NCBI GenBank assembly: GCA_000995965.1
Contig: LBYD01000002.1
Location: 199,889 to 263,888 of the forward strand
From: Candidatus Moranbacteria bacterium GW2011_GWC2_40_12
Lineage (GTDB): Bacteria; Patescibacteriota; Minisyncoccia; Moranbacterales; UBA11712
Direction: 5' to 3'
Length of the DNA: 64,000 nucleotides
The notes below the pieces were generated by a model. The model made no database searches. It was not told the DNA's origin and saw only the letters and a list, made by a program, of their open reading frames with translations. A program made the translations under genes and the position numbers. This document shows positions 19,443-30,535 of the stretch, piece by piece. Numbering within the stretch: the stretch's first letter is position 1; every line of letters starts with the position of its first letter.

Positions 19443-21355
19443 TTTTTTTCATTAGTAGTCGCGTCCGTGATATTTTCGCCTGCTTCGCTAAGCACGCCTG
19501 CCTTGTCAGGCGAATCCTTTTGGGCAGGTTCGTCTGCGTTTTTTCCAATCAATTCATTGAATTCATCTTGTTCAATTGTTTCTTTTTCAAGAAGTGTTTT
19601 GGCAATCTTCTCAAGTATCTCTTTTTTCTCGCTGATAATCTTACTGGCGGTCCGGAAAGCGCCTTCAATGAATTTTGAAACCTCCTGGTCAATTTTCGTG
19701 GCAGTCGATTCGGAATAATTTTTTTCTTCGCTGATTTCTTTTCCCAGGAAGACGAGTTCTTCTTTGTGCCCGAAGGTTCGCGGTCCAAGGGCGCTCATGC
19801 CGTATCTTGTGACGAGCTTTCGGGCTATGTTAGTCGCACGCTCAAGGTCATTTGAAGCGCCGGTGGTGACATCTCCAAAAGTTATTTTCTCGCTTACATA
19901 TCCGCCGAGAAGAACAGCCAGTTCATCAATGAAATAGGCGCGTGAATAGAGCCTTTTATCTTCCTGAGGAGCGGCAAGGGTATAACCGGCGGCTTGTCCC
20001 CGGGAAATGACGGAAACTTTCTGGACCGGGTCAGCATTCGGGAGACTGGCTCCGACAAGCGCGTGCCCGGCTTCATGAAAGGCAGTGATTTCCTTTTCTT
20101 TCAAGTTCAAGACTTTACTTTTTCGCTCAGGACCGAGGATCACTTTTTCGATTGAAATTCGCAGTTCATCCGGACCAATTTGTTTTTTTCCTTTGCGGGC
20201 GGCCAGAATCGCCGCTTCATTAACTAAATTGGATATATCTGCTCCGGAAAAACCAGGAGTGCGGGATGCGATTTGTTTCATATCAACGTTTTTTTCAAGA
20301 GGCTTGTTTTTGGCGTGAATTTTGAGAATGGCCTCACGCTCTTTTATATCGGGTAAATCCATAACGACGCGCCGGTCAAATCTTCCCGGCCGCAGAAGCG
20401 CCGGATCAAGAACATCCGGGCGGTTGGTAGCAGCAACAACGATGACGTTGGTATTGGTTTCAAAACCGTCCATTTCAACCAGAATCTGATTGAGAGTTTG
20501 CTCACGTTCATCGTGTCCTCCGCCAAGACCAGCGCCTCGGTGGCGCCCGACAGCGTCAATTTCATCAATAAAAACAATGGCCGGCGCGTTCTTCTTGGCT
20601 GTTTTAAAAAGGTCGCGTACGCGGCTGGCGCCCACGCCGACAAACATTTCCACAAATTCCGAACCAGAGATACTAAAGAAGGGGACATTGGCCTCTCCGG
20701 CGACGGCTTTGGCAATAAGGGTCTTTCCGGTTCCGGGAGAGCCGAGAAGAAGGACACCTTTGGGGATTCGTGCGCCGAGATCCAGAAATTTTTTCGGATG
20801 TTTCAAAAATTCAACGATTTCTTTGAGCTCTTCCTTTGCCTCCTCCGCTCCAGCCACGTCGGCGAAGGTTATTTTTTTCTTGCCGTTTTTTTGCGGCTGC
20901 GTGAGGCGCGCCCGGGACATGCCGAAAGACATGGCCTGGTTGTTTCCGCGCTGGGCCGAACGCATCATAAACCAGAGGAATACCCCGATGATTATAAAAG
21001 GGAGAAGAAAAGGGATGATCGTGTTTACCCAAAAAGCGGCAGTTGTCGTGTCCTTTATATCAACGCTGACCCCGCGCAGCTTTTCCGGGTCGACGCCATA
21101 GTTTTTGAGTGATTCAGAAAGCGAAGATTCGGCTTCTTTGCGGGAGCTTTCTTTGGTGTCGTCCATGAGCGTGATGTTCAATTTTTCGCCCTCAACCTGA
21201 ATATCTTTCACTTTTTGGTCGTTGATCTGGTTAGCCAGTTCGTTCAGCGTGATACTTTGCACCTTTTGGACAGGCGTGTTGTAAACCATCACGATTCCGG
21301 AGATGACGAAAAAGACCAGAAGGACGATTATTATATTCTTTGCGAAATTTTTCAT
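19439..21355 (-). CDS. ftsH: ATP-dependent zinc metalloprotease FtsH
   Basis: Two TM segments, [27 protein letters not shown]. Confidence 0.98.
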   Translation of the reverse strand: MKNFAKNIIIVLLVFFVISGIVMVYNTPVQKVQSITLNELANQINDQKVKDIQVEGEKLNITLMDDTKESSRKEAESSLSESLKNYGVDPEKLRGVSVDIKDTTTAAFWVNTIIPFLLPFIIIGVFLWFMMRSAQRGNNQAMSFGMSRARLTQPQKNGKKKITFADVAGAEEAKEELKEIVEFLKHPKKFLDLGARIPKGVLLLGSPGTGKTLIAKAVAGEANVPFFSISGSEFVEMFVGVGASRVRDLFKTAKKNAPAIVFIDEIDAVGRHRGAGLGGGHDEREQTLNQILVEMDGFETNTNVIVVAATNRPDVLDPALLRPGRFDRRVVMDLPDIKEREAILKIHAKNKPLEKNVDMKQIASRTPGFSGADISNLVNEAAILAARKGKKQIGPDELRISIEKVILGPERKSKVLNLKEKEITAFHEAGHALVGASLPNADPVQKVSVISRGQAAGYTLAAPQEDKRLYSRAYFIDELAVLLGGYVSEKITFGDVTTGASNDLERATNIARKLVTRYGMSALGPRTFGHKEELVFLGKEISEEKNYSESTATKIDQEVSKFIEGAFRTASKIISEKKEILEKIAKTLLEKETIEQDEFNELIGKNADEPAQKDSPDKAGVLSEAGENITDATTNEKK

Positions 21356-22335
21356 AATTTTTCTATATTTAACTTATCACCTTTTCTCTGAATTTTCAAT
21401 TTTTTAAATTTAATAACGTGTTTCTTGCTTTTCCTGCTCTTTATAATTTTCAAAATTTCATCAATGTGTCCCGATTCAATTTCCCGCAAATGAGGATTAT
21501 ATCTTTCAATCGCCAGGCGAAGAATTTCTCTTTGAATAGCCGGATGCAGACTGCCAAGCCTCGAAGCACGCAAATTTTTTTCCGACTCAAGCCATTCTTT
21601 CGAAAATCGGGTGATGAAATCATGATCTTCGGCGGCTGATTGCGAAAGCCTACACAAAACCTCTTCTATGTTGGGGTTATATTCTTTTACAATATATGGA
21701 AGAAGTTTGTTGCGGATTTTGTTTCGCGTGAAATCTGCCCCGAGGTTGGTTTTGTCAGTACGGAAAGGCAACTTATTCTTACGCAAATAGGCCAAAATCT
21801 CTTTTCGGGGAATGCTGAGCAGCGGCCGGATAATATTTCCATTTTTGAATTTAATCGCGCCTAGTCCCCGAAGTCCCGTGCCCCGCAAAATTCGCATCAA
21901 AACGGTTTCGGCCTGGTCGTTGAGGTTATGCCCGACAGCGATGGCGTCGGCGCCGTATTTTTCGCGGATTTTTTCGAAGAAATTGTAGCGAATGTTGCGA
22001 AGATAATCCTCAGAACGCTGAATGCTGAACGCTGAACGCTGAACATTTTTGATTTCGACTGGCAGAGAATATTTTTCAGCTATTTTTTTGACCAGTGCCT
22101 CGTCTTTTTCCGAATCTTTTCCCCGCAGGCTGTAATTCACGTGCGCGACGATGATTTCAAGGTCGTATTTATTTTTCAATTTATATAGCGCGTCCAAAAG
22201 GCAAACCGAATCCGGCCCGCCGGAAACGCCGACCACAATTTTTCCGCCGGAGGCGGATCCGCCTTTGGCGGATGCTCCTCTCCCAAACAACTCGTGGCGA
22301 AAAACATTTTCCTGGATTTTTTTGATGAGGTTCAT
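21352..22335 (-). CDS. tilS: tRNA(Ile)-lysidine synthetase
   Basis: SGGPDS, HNLNDQAET, RPLL, TRNKIR; carries two in-frame repeat insertions. Confidence 0.96.
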   Translation of the reverse strand: MNLIKKIQENVFRHELFGRGASAKGGSASGGKIVVGVSGGPDSVCLLDALYKLKNKYDLEIIVAHVNYSLRGKDSEKDEALVKKIAEKYSLPVEIKNVQRSAFSIQRSEDYLRNIRYNFFEKIREKYGADAIAVGHNLNDQAETVLMRILRGTGLRGLGAIKFKNGNIIRPLLSIPRKEILAYLRKNKLPFRTDKTNLGADFTRNKIRNKLLPYIVKEYNPNIEEVLCRLSQSAAEDHDFITRFSKEWLESEKNLRASRLGSLHPAIQREILRLAIERYNPHLREIESGHIDEILKIIKSRKSKKHVIKFKKLKIQRKGDKLNIEKL

Positions 22336-22356
22336 TACTGTAAAGAAGTTAAACCT

Positions 22357-22914
22357 CTATGATTTATGCTTTTTGATATAAGTAATCACTTGCTTGAAAA
22401 CTTCTTCGCGAGTCAATTTGGTCGTATCCAAAAAGAAATCGTAATTTTTCGAATTGCGGATATCTATTCCGTAATATTTTTTATACCGTAAATCGTCGGT
22501 TTCTTTTCGTTTGCGATTACTGGCGAGCACGTCTTCGAGAGAATCTATTTTTCTATCTTCGTTTCTTGAATTATTTTTCTGCAATTGCTTAAATATCCTT
22601 TTTGCGCCTTCTTTCTCGTCAACTTTCAGATATATTTTTAAAGATTGCGGAATGAGATGCCAAGCAGTCCGGCTTTCGATGATAAAGTCATTGCTTTCCT
22701 CTGCCAATTGAAGAAGATGATCATCTACTTCCTTATCTATATTCGGATCGACTTCTCCGAGTTTGAGATATTCTACAAGCGTCATCCCTCTTTTTTTCGC
22801 CATATCGCGAAAAATTTGACCCATATAATATCTAGGGTATCCAAGAACTTTTGCAACTTTTTCGGCAATAGTGCTTTTCCCTGAACCCTCATCGCCATTG
22901 AAAGAGATAATCAT
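22357..22914 (-). CDS. cmk: Cytidylate kinase family protein (archaeal-type)
   Basis: GDEGSGKST P-loop, IDKEVD, ESR, RYKKYYGID. Confidence 0.8.
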   Translation of the reverse strand: MIISFNGDEGSGKSTIAEKVAKVLGYPRYYMGQIFRDMAKKRGMTLVEYLKLGEVDPNIDKEVDDHLLQLAEESNDFIIESRTAWHLIPQSLKIYLKVDEKEGAKRIFKQLQKNNSRNEDRKIDSLEDVLASNRKRKETDDLRYKKYYGIDIRNSKNYDFFLDTTKLTREEVFKQVITYIKKHKS

Positions 22915-22994
22915 TGAAAGCTATTTAATAATAACATAAAAGATATTTTTACATTTTGAAATGTAATTTTGATTTTTAATATTTGAATTTTGCA

Positions 22995-24263
22995 TTATTT
23001 CACAAGCCCCAATCCCATCCGGTGCTCTTTGGGCTCGATGGAAAGTATTTTCCATTTGTAGGTTTTTCCGGTCTCAAGGATGTCCTCGATGTTTTTTCCC
23101 GGATTTTGCTCAAGGAGCTCCGAGATATGGGCGAGGCCGTGAATATCATCGTCAAGATATACAAAAGCTCCGAAGTGGTTTATTTTTCGAACTTGTCCCT
23201 CGTAGGTTTCCCCGGCTTTGTATTTTTTCTCCACAATGGACCAGGGATCTTTCTGGAGGGCTTTGATGGAAAGCGAAACGCGGGTGTCGTCAATGCCGAT
23301 GATTTGGCACTTCACCCTGTCGCCGGTTTTCACCACTTCGCGAGGGTTGTCAATGAGTTGCCAGGCCAGTTCTGAAATATGGACCAGTCCTTCGAGCTTG
23401 TCTTCTTCGCGGGTTGAATCCAGCCTGCTCGGCGGAAGGAATTTCACAAAAGCGCCGAAGTCGACCACGCCGCTGACTTCGCCTTCAATGACGTCCCCCG
23501 CTTTAAGCTCGGAAATAGCCTTTTTTTCCTCATCGGAATAGGCTGCTTTTTCGCTCACAATCAGTTTCTCGCCCTCGCGGTCCGTATCAAGCACTTTCAC
23601 TTTCATTTCCGTCCCGATAAAAGAGCGTAATTTTTCAAGAATTTTGCTTTTTTCTCCCTCTTCGACACGCGGGTAATGCTCGTTGGTGAGCTGGGAAACA
23701 GGAAGAAAACCGTTGATGCCGTTTACTTCCACGATGAGTCCGCCCTTGTTGGCATCGAGAATTTTGGTTGAAAAAGATTCTCCATTTACCTGTTTTTCCT
23801 CAAGATCCTGCCAGGCACGATCAATGGAGGCTTCTCGGATAGAGAGTTCGATATATCCATCTTCATTTTCAAGGTCAGTCACGGTAGCGGAAACTTTGTC
23901 GCCGATCTTGATTTTGTCGGTCGCGCCGAGCCCGTCTTTGATTTCGCGCCCCATTACGATGCCTGTTCCGAAAACTCCCAGATCAAGATAGATGGCGTTT
24001 GAATCAAGGGCGATCACGCTGCCTTCGATTACGTCTCCCTCTTTAGGAAAAGCTATTTTTTGTTGGTTTAAAAAATCAGCCATCACGGAAGTTTGACTGA
24101 TTGGATCTTCGCGCAAGGCGGATCCGCTGCTGGTGGAATCTTCTGCTTTTTTCGCTTCAATTGTTTCTCTTGCTTCTTCCCTTTTTTCCAATCCGACTTC
24201 TTTCTTTTCATCGGAAATTTTGTCGACCTCTTGAGCCAGAGTGTCGAGAATGTCGTTTGCCAT
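22995..24263 (-). CDS. rpsA: 30S ribosomal protein S1 / S1 domain protein
   Basis: Four S1 repeats (NKGGL, DFGAFV, GLVHISEL, HFGAFV). Confidence 0.9.
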   Translation of the reverse strand: MANDILDTLAQEVDKISDEKKEVGLEKREEARETIEAKKAEDSTSSGSALREDPISQTSVMADFLNQQKIAFPKEGDVIEGSVIALDSNAIYLDLGVFGTGIVMGREIKDGLGATDKIKIGDKVSATVTDLENEDGYIELSIREASIDRAWQDLEEKQVNGESFSTKILDANKGGLIVEVNGINGFLPVSQLTNEHYPRVEEGEKSKILEKLRSFIGTEMKVKVLDTDREGEKLIVSEKAAYSDEEKKAISELKAGDVIEGEVSGVVDFGAFVKFLPPSRLDSTREEDKLEGLVHISELAWQLIDNPREVVKTGDRVKCQIIGIDDTRVSLSIKALQKDPWSIVEKKYKAGETYEGQVRKINHFGAFVYLDDDIHGLAHISELLEQNPGKNIEDILETGKTYKWKILSIEPKEHRMGLGLVK

Positions 24264-24491
24264 TTGGTTTAATGGTTAGGTTAATAATTAGACTTCTCTA
24301 CGAATTACGAATCTGTACGAATATACGTAATAGCGCAACTCGTTATTACTGGTGGAGTATATAATAGAATGATTAATTTGGCAAGGAGTGGGGTTGATAT
24401 GCGGATTATGATATGCTATCATTTCTATATCACCCCGGAAAGGTGATCACCCGCGAGGGTGATTAATTTTGGTTAATTTATTTTATAAAAT

Positions 24492-25160
24492 ATGACCATT
24501 CAATGGTACGGACACGCGTGTTTCAAGATTTCGACCAAGCCCGAGGGGCGCGGTTCGGGCGAGGACGTGGTGATTTTCACCGATCCCTTTGGCAAGGAAG
24601 TGGGGCTTCGTCCGCCGCAGGGACGGGCTGATATCGTCACTGTTAGCCATGATCATTTTGACCACAATAATTCCGCCGCGCTTCGAGGCGAACCGGCCGT
24701 TCTGGATCTGCCAGGAGAATATTCGATAAAAGGCGTTTCTATCAAAGGGGTGAATTCTTTCCATGACAAAAAAGAGGGCGCTGAACGCGGACTTAATACT
24801 ATTTTCGTTTTCGAAAGTGAGGGAATCCGGTTTTGCCATCTTGGGGACCTTGCAACAATGCTCGACAAAAAACAGCTCGAAGAAATAAACGGAGTGGATA
24901 TTCTGGCCGTTCCAGTCGGCGGGCCATTTTCGCTTATGTCGAAAGATGCCAAAGCGGTAGTTGACCAGGTTGAGCCGAAAATTGTCCTCCCGATGCATTA
25001 TCACACTCCGGGCAACAAATTGAAGCTCGAAGATGAGAAAAAATTCTGCAAAGAAATCGGAATCTGCCCGCGGGAAAAAATGCCAAAAATCATTCTCAAG
25101 AAAAAGGATTTGGAAAGCGAGAAAATTCAGGTTATTTTGATGGAAGCGGTGAATAGTTAG
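24492..25160 (+). CDS. MBL-fold metallo-hydrolase
   Basis: WYGHACF, SHDHFDH, HLGD, PMHY motifs. Confidence 0.92.
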   Translation: MTIQWYGHACFKISTKPEGRGSGEDVVIFTDPFGKEVGLRPPQGRADIVTVSHDHFDHNNSAALRGEPAVLDLPGEYSIKGVSIKGVNSFHDKKEGAERGLNTIFVFESEGIRFCHLGDLATMLDKKQLEEINGVDILAVPVGGPFSLMSKDAKAVVDQVEPKIVLPMHYHTPGNKLKLEDEKKFCKEIGICPREKMPKIILKKKDLESEKIQVILMEAVNS

Positions 25161-25256
25161 ATCAAAAATCAAATATCGAAAATCGAAAATGCGGTATGCG
25201 CCCGCCTGCAACAATATTGCATTTCGGGCGGGCTTCGCGCATGATTTTATAAATAT

Positions 25257-25631
25257 ATGAGTTTGCAGAGTTACATTGACAAGTTGAGAGAGAAACCAAT
25301 TCGTGAGCGGGAAAGAATCGCCGTGATTGCTACAGGCGTTGCTTTTTCTGTCGTTTTTGTGATTTGGCTGCTATCTTTTTCAGAAATGAACAAAAATGAA
25401 AGCCCGGAATCGGCAACTTCTCCGGTAACAAACCAGCTGGAGGATCTCAAAAAAAATATTGACAGCGACAAGCAATCAGTCCAGGAGATGCTTCAGAGCC
25501 TGCCGAAAAATTTTGATGAGGATGAGGAGGATATCAATGACGAAAGTTTTCCGAATAACGAGCCTGAAAACCAGAATCAAAATGCAAACGAGAGCCAGAA
25601 CAACTTGCCGGAGATACCGAGCCTGCCGTAG
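25257..25631 (+). CDS. Hypothetical membrane-anchored protein
   Basis: 124 aa, N-terminal TM, acidic tail. Confidence 0.75.
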   Translation: MSLQSYIDKLREKPIRERERIAVIATGVAFSVVFVIWLLSFSEMNKNESPESATSPVTNQLEDLKKNIDSDKQSVQEMLQSLPKNFDEDEEDINDESFPNNEPENQNQNANESQNNLPEIPSLP

Positions 25632-25635
25632 TAAA

Positions 25636-25769
25636 CGCAAAGTGCAAAAATCAAAATGCAAAATGACAGTTCAAAATGTAAAATTATCAGATATCAAAAT
25701 AGATTTCGATGTTTGCCCATTTTTAATTTTACATTGTAATTTTGAGCTTTGATTTTTAAATTTTGAATT
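25636..25769. repeat. Inverted heptamer-array element, family A
   Basis: aaatgacagttcaaaatgtaaaatt ... tttacattgtaattttgagctttgatttttaaattttgaa. Confidence 0.75.
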
Positions 25770-25775
25770 ATTATC

Positions 25776-28208
25776 GTGGAGATTGGCTACATAAAACCTC
25801 GTGAAATTACGTCCGAGATGAAAGAGTCTTATCTTGCCTATGCGATGAGCGTCATCGTGTCGCGGGCGCTTCCGGATGTCAGGGACGGGATGAAGCCGGT
25901 TCATCGCCGGATACTTTTTGCAATGCGCGAACTCGGCCTCACGCACTCGGCTAAATACAGAAAATCGGCGACGGTAGTCGGGGAGGTGCTTGGAAAATAC
26001 CACCCGCATGGAGACACAGCCGTTTACGACTCGATGGTGCGGCTCGCCCAGGATTTCTCAATGCGCTATCCCCTTGTCGACGGGCAGGGAAATTTCGGTT
26101 CGATGGACGGCGACAATGCGGCGGCGATGAGATACACGGAAGCGAAGCTCACGTCCCTTGCCGAAGAAATGATGGCCGATATTGAAAAAGACACGGTTGA
26201 TTTTGTTCCAAACTACGACGCGTCGCGAAAAGAGCCCTCCGTTCTTCCGGCCAAAGCGCCTCAATTGCTTCTCAATGGAACGATGGGAATCGCAGTCGGA
26301 ATGGCGACGAATATTCCTCCGCACAATCTTGGTGAATTGGTTGATGGGATTGCCCATATTATCGAAAATCCGGATTGCGAAGTGAAAGATCTCGTGAAAT
26401 TTGTGAAAGGCCCCGATTTTCCGACCGGCGGGACAATATACAACCAGTCGGATATCAATCAGGCTTATCTCACCGGACGGGGAAGTATTGTCACCCGGGC
26501 CGAAGCGGAAATCGTGGAAACGAAAAACGGGCAATTTCAAATTATTGTGACGGAGATGACTTATGCCTCCAACAAGGCGACGACAATCACAAAGATTGCC
26601 GAACTCGTGAAGACGGGAAAACTGGAGGGCATCCGGGATATCCGTGACGAATCCGACAAGGACGGGGTGCGGATCGTGATAGAACTCAAAAAAGAGGCTT
26701 TCCCGAAGAAAATTCTCAACAAACTCTATACTCTCACTGACCTTCAAAAATCGTTTCACGTGAATATGCTGGCGCTGGTGGACGGAATCGAGCCCAAGAT
26801 CCTGAATCTCAAAGCCGCTTTGGAACATTTTATCGAACATAGAAAAGTTGTTGTCACCCGCCGCACGAAATTTGACCTTGAAAAAGCAAAAGACAGGGCT
26901 CATATTCTCGAAGGCCTCAAGAAAGCGCTCGACCGCATTGACGCGGTCATAAGCGTAATCAGAAAATCGGCCACGAAAGAAATTGCCCACCAGAATTTGA
27001 TGAAGCGCTTCAAATTGTCGGACAAGCAGTCAGCGGCGATTCTTGAGATGAGGCTTCAGACGCTGGCGGGCCTTGAGCGAAAAAAAATCGAAGATGAGCT
27101 CAAAGAAAAAAAGAGGCTGATTGCCGAACTCGAAGATCTCCTCAAGAGTCCCAAGAAAATATTGGGTGTAATTAAAAAAGAACTCCAGGATCTCAAAGAA
27201 AAATACGGAGATGAGCGGAAAACGAGGGTGGTGAAATCGGCAGTGGGCGAATTCAAGCAGGAAGATCTGATACCCAACGAAGAAACGATCATCGTGCTGA
27301 CAGAGGATGACTATGTCAAGCGGATGCCGCCTTCGCTCTATCGTGTCCAAAAGCGGGGCGGAAAGGGCGTGATAGGCGCGACGACTAAGGAAGGCGACAC
27401 GATTGATAAGGTCGTCTCTGCAATGACGCATGACGATCTGTTCTTCTTCACGAACAGCGGAAAAGTCTTTCAATCAAAAGCTTATGAAATTCCGGTCTCA
27501 TCGAGAACTGCCAAAGGGCAGGCCATTGTGAATTTTCTTCAGGTCGCTCCGGGCGAAAATATAACGGCTATTATTTCGACAGGAAGAGACAGTGAAGCCA
27601 AATATCTTTTTATGGCCACAAAATCCGGAACCGTCAAAAAATCGGCCATTTCTGATTTTGAAAAGGTGCGCCGAAGCGGCCTGATCGCGATAAATCTGCC
27701 CAAGGACGATGAATTGCGTTGGATTTCTCCCACGACCGGGAAAGACGAGGTGATCATCACAACTTCCGGCGGACAAGCCATTCATTTCAAAGAAACTGAC
27801 GTTCGCCCGATGGGGCGCGGCGCAGCCGGGGTGCGAGGAATCAGGCTGAAAAAGGACGACGAAGTGGTTGGAATGGACGTTGTTCTGAAAAATCAAAAGG
27901 GAAATCAGCTTTTAGTTTTTGCTCAAAACGGATTTGGAAAAAGGTCGGACCTAAAGGGATACAAGATTCAAAAACGCGGTGGCAGCGGAATCAAGACGGC
28001 CAAGGTTACATCCAAAACCGGAAAACTTGTTTCGGCGCATATCGTGAACACGGACAATCTTGAAACGGATCTGATTTGCTCGAGCGCAAAAGGACAAATT
28101 ATACGCGTGCCTTTGAAAAGTGTTCCGGCTCTTGGCCGGGCGACACAAGGAGTCAGGGTAATGCGTTTCAACGCCGACGACAAGATAGCCGCAACTGCGG
28201 TCTTATAA
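25776..28208 (+). CDS. gyrA: DNA gyrase subunit A
   Basis: [22 protein letters not shown], GyrA box QKRGGKG. Confidence 0.98.
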   Translation: MEIGYIKPREITSEMKESYLAYAMSVIVSRALPDVRDGMKPVHRRILFAMRELGLTHSAKYRKSATVVGEVLGKYHPHGDTAVYDSMVRLAQDFSMRYPLVDGQGNFGSMDGDNAAAMRYTEAKLTSLAEEMMADIEKDTVDFVPNYDASRKEPSVLPAKAPQLLLNGTMGIAVGMATNIPPHNLGELVDGIAHIIENPDCEVKDLVKFVKGPDFPTGGTIYNQSDINQAYLTGRGSIVTRAEAEIVETKNGQFQIIVTEMTYASNKATTITKIAELVKTGKLEGIRDIRDESDKDGVRIVIELKKEAFPKKILNKLYTLTDLQKSFHVNMLALVDGIEPKILNLKAALEHFIEHRKVVVTRRTKFDLEKAKDRAHILEGLKKALDRIDAVISVIRKSATKEIAHQNLMKRFKLSDKQSAAILEMRLQTLAGLERKKIEDELKEKKRLIAELEDLLKSPKKILGVIKKELQDLKEKYGDERKTRVVKSAVGEFKQEDLIPNEETIIVLTEDDYVKRMPPSLYRVQKRGGKGVIGATTKEGDTIDKVVSAMTHDDLFFFTNSGKVFQSKAYEIPVSSRTAKGQAIVNFLQVAPGENITAIISTGRDSEAKYLFMATKSGTVKKSAISDFEKVRRSGLIAINLPKDDELRWISPTTGKDEVIITTSGGQAIHFKETDVRPMGRGAAGVRGIRLKKDDEVVGMDVVLKNQKGNQLLVFAQNGFGKRSDLKGYKIQKRGGSGIKTAKVTSKTGKLVSAHIVNTDNLETDLICSSAKGQIIRVPLKSVPALGRATQGVRVMRFNADDKIAATAVL

Positions 28209-28238
28209 CCTGTAGTTTAAAATTGATAAAATGCGCTC

Positions 28239-28271
28239 AAAGCCCTCACCTTCCGAAAAGTGAGGGCTTTT
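28239..28271 (+). terminator. Intrinsic terminator after gyrA
   Basis: aaagccctcac / gtgagggcttt. Confidence 0.65.
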
Positions 28272-28362
28272 GGCATGTTGTTGGATTATTCTAAATAGTG
28301 TAAAATTATATCGAGGGAAAAACTTGCGGTATACGCCATTTGTTGCGAGCCGTATTCATTAT

Positions 28363-29838
28363 ATGAAAAAGAAAAACAAAAAATATCTTGAAAATAAAAT
28401 TATAATTCTTTTTTTTGCTGTGTTTATTGCGCTGACGCTTTCCGGATGCGGCGCTCCGAAGGAAACTAGCTATAAAGTTGACCTTGAAATTTGGGGGCTT
28501 TTTGACGATTCGGATGCGTTTTCAAAAGCAATCCAAGAATACAAAAAAAGAAACAGCAGGGTAGGCGCGATTACCTATAAAAAAATGCCGGTTGATTCCT
28601 ATGAAAATGACCTTCGGGACGCTTTGGCGATCGGGAAAGGGCCGGATATCTTTCTTATCCATCACACCTGGCTGGCAAAGCATCTCGACAAACTTGAGCC
28701 TGCGCCACTGGAAATGGGAACCGGCAATGGCGAAAAGGCTGTCTTCATCACGCCAAGAAAAGTCCAGGAATATTTTGCGGATGTTGTCCAGAAAGATTTC
28801 GTGAACGGCTCAAATGTTTATGCGCTGCCCCTCTCGGTCGATTCTTTGGCTCTTTATTATAATAAAGATATTCTCAATCAGGCGGGGATTTCACGTCCTC
28901 CAAAAACGTGGGAAGAATTTGACAGTGATGTCCAGAAAATCACCAAGATTGACTCATTTGGGAACATCATTCTTGCCGGAGCGGCGATGGGAGTCTCCAG
29001 CGACCGTCCCGAAAATCTCGGCGGCGGAAAAATCAACCGGGCTACCGACATCTTGACGCTTCTTATGATGCAGGCAGGAACCGAAATGTTTGATTCCGAG
29101 AGAAAAATGGCCAAGTTTTCCGAATTCTCTTCTTCTGATACCGGAAAAGACAAATTTCCCGGACAAATGGCGCTTGAATACTACACGAAATTTTCAAATC
29201 TCAATTCAAGCCAATATACTTGGAATGCGCAAATGCATAATTCGATTGATGCTTTCGTAGAAGGAAAGACAGCTATGACAATCAACTATTCTTGGCTTAT
29301 TCCGCGAATCCAAGACAAAGCTCCGAAGCTCAATTTTGGCATTGCCCCAGTTCCTCAAAATAAGGATCAAAACAATAAAGGAATCAACGCTAACTTTGCC
29401 AATTATTGGGGCTTGGCAGTTTCAAAAAGCAAGATTATGGCAACTGACGAGGGGCAACCAGCCACGGCGACAAATGAACAGAGGATCACCGAAGCCTGGA
29501 GGTTTCTTGCTTATCTCACGATGGGTTCTGAAGAAATTTCTCCTTTTATCGGAGCAGCATCCAGTGAAGTGGCTGGATACAATCCAGCGGAGGAATATGC
29601 CGAAAAACAAAGAAAGCCCGCAGCGCGGCGGGACCTTATTGAAAAGCAGAAAGAAGATTTGCTTCTCTCGCCTTTTGCCCAAGGGAACCTCATTGCCCGT
29701 TCCTGGCCGGAACCGGACAATCTGGCGGTGGAGAAAATATTTGATGAGATGATTGACGATGTGGTTCTCCGGAATGAAAAATCAGGTGAAGTCATCCGCC
29801 AAGCCCAAAATAGCGTCAATCTGCTGATAAAGAGATAA
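28363..29838 (+). CDS. Extracellular solute-binding lipoprotein (sugar-binding family 1-like)
   Basis: Lipobox LSGC; GPDIF, LYYNKD, PKTWEE motifs; ATG 28363 preferred. Confidence 0.88.
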   Translation: MKKKNKKYLENKIIILFFAVFIALTLSGCGAPKETSYKVDLEIWGLFDDSDAFSKAIQEYKKRNSRVGAITYKKMPVDSYENDLRDALAIGKGPDIFLIHHTWLAKHLDKLEPAPLEMGTGNGEKAVFITPRKVQEYFADVVQKDFVNGSNVYALPLSVDSLALYYNKDILNQAGISRPPKTWEEFDSDVQKITKIDSFGNIILAGAAMGVSSDRPENLGGGKINRATDILTLLMMQAGTEMFDSERKMAKFSEFSSSDTGKDKFPGQMALEYYTKFSNLNSSQYTWNAQMHNSIDAFVEGKTAMTINYSWLIPRIQDKAPKLNFGIAPVPQNKDQNNKGINANFANYWGLAVSKSKIMATDEGQPATATNEQRITEAWRFLAYLTMGSEEISPFIGAASSEVAGYNPAEEYAEKQRKPAARRDLIEKQKEDLLLSPFAQGNLIARSWPEPDNLAVEKIFDEMIDDVVLRNEKSGEVIRQAQNSVNLLIKR

Positions 29839-30518
29839 TGTCCCAAGTTACAAAAATTATAAAGGAAAATAAAATTTTGATGAAAACGATATATTTTACA
29901 GGAAAGAAATATATTATCGGATTATTTTTGATTGTCTTGTTTATCCTTAGTGCAAAAATATCTGAAGCGGCTTATTTAACAAACGCTCAGTGTGCTGCAC
30001 AGGGAGGAAGATGTAATTGGGTTTCAAATATTTGCTCATCTGACGAGACACTGGTGGGTCTCTGTGAAGGAGGAGCTTTTTCACAGGGAGCCTGTTGTAA
30101 ACCAAACACAACCCCATCACCTACCCCATCACCTACCCCATCACCTACCCCATCACCTACCCCATCACCTACCCCATCACCTACCCCAATATCAACAGCA
30201 GATACTAGCGGATCACTTGTCCCCTGCACCAATAATTGCACACTTTGCGACATTATCGTCGGCCTCAACAGAATTTTCAAATATCTGGGCACTCTTTTGG
30301 TCATTGTTGCGATTCTTTTCATCATAATTGCCGGAATTGCCTATATGGTTTCGGGCGGAAGCAAGAATTTGACTGAATGGGCGAAAAAAGCGCTGATGTA
30401 CGCTCTGGTCGGTTTTGTAATATATCTCGCTTCCTGGATGATTGTTGGTTCGATTCTTTCAGCTATGGGATACAACAGAACTGGCTGGTCGACATTTGAT
30501 TGCGAAAGCGGATCTTAG
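29838..30518 (+). CDS. Pilin-like protein (TrbC/VirB2-type TM pair) with Cys-rich module and TPSP linker
   Basis: LVPC...CTLCD, IIIAGIAYMVSGG...AKKALMYALVG. Confidence 0.8.
   Translation: MSQVTKIIKENKILMKTIYFTGKKYIIGLFLIVLFILSAKISEAAYLTNAQCAAQGGRCNWVSNICSSDETLVGLCEGGAFSQGACCKPNTTPSPTPSPTPSPTPSPTPSPTPSPTPISTADTSGSLVPCTNNCTLCDIIVGLNRIFKYLGTLLVIVAILFIIIAGIAYMVSGGSKNLTEWAKKALMYALVGFVIYLASWMIVGSILSAMGYNRTGWSTFDCESGS
30111..30188 (+). repeat. 12-bp tandem repeat x6.5 (TPSP linker)
   Basis: (accccatcacct)x6 plus acccca. Confidence 0.95.
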
Positions 30519-30535
30519 CCGAAAAAAAACAAAAA

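Noticed and set aside
24483-26990. Long minus-strand ORFs 24483-25214 and 26058-26990
   Set aside because: Antisense to the MBL hydrolase and gyrA, with no recognisable motifs.
30111-30188. Possible CRISPR array
   Set aside because: 12-bp tandem units without spacers encoding a TPSP linker; no cas genes in the window.
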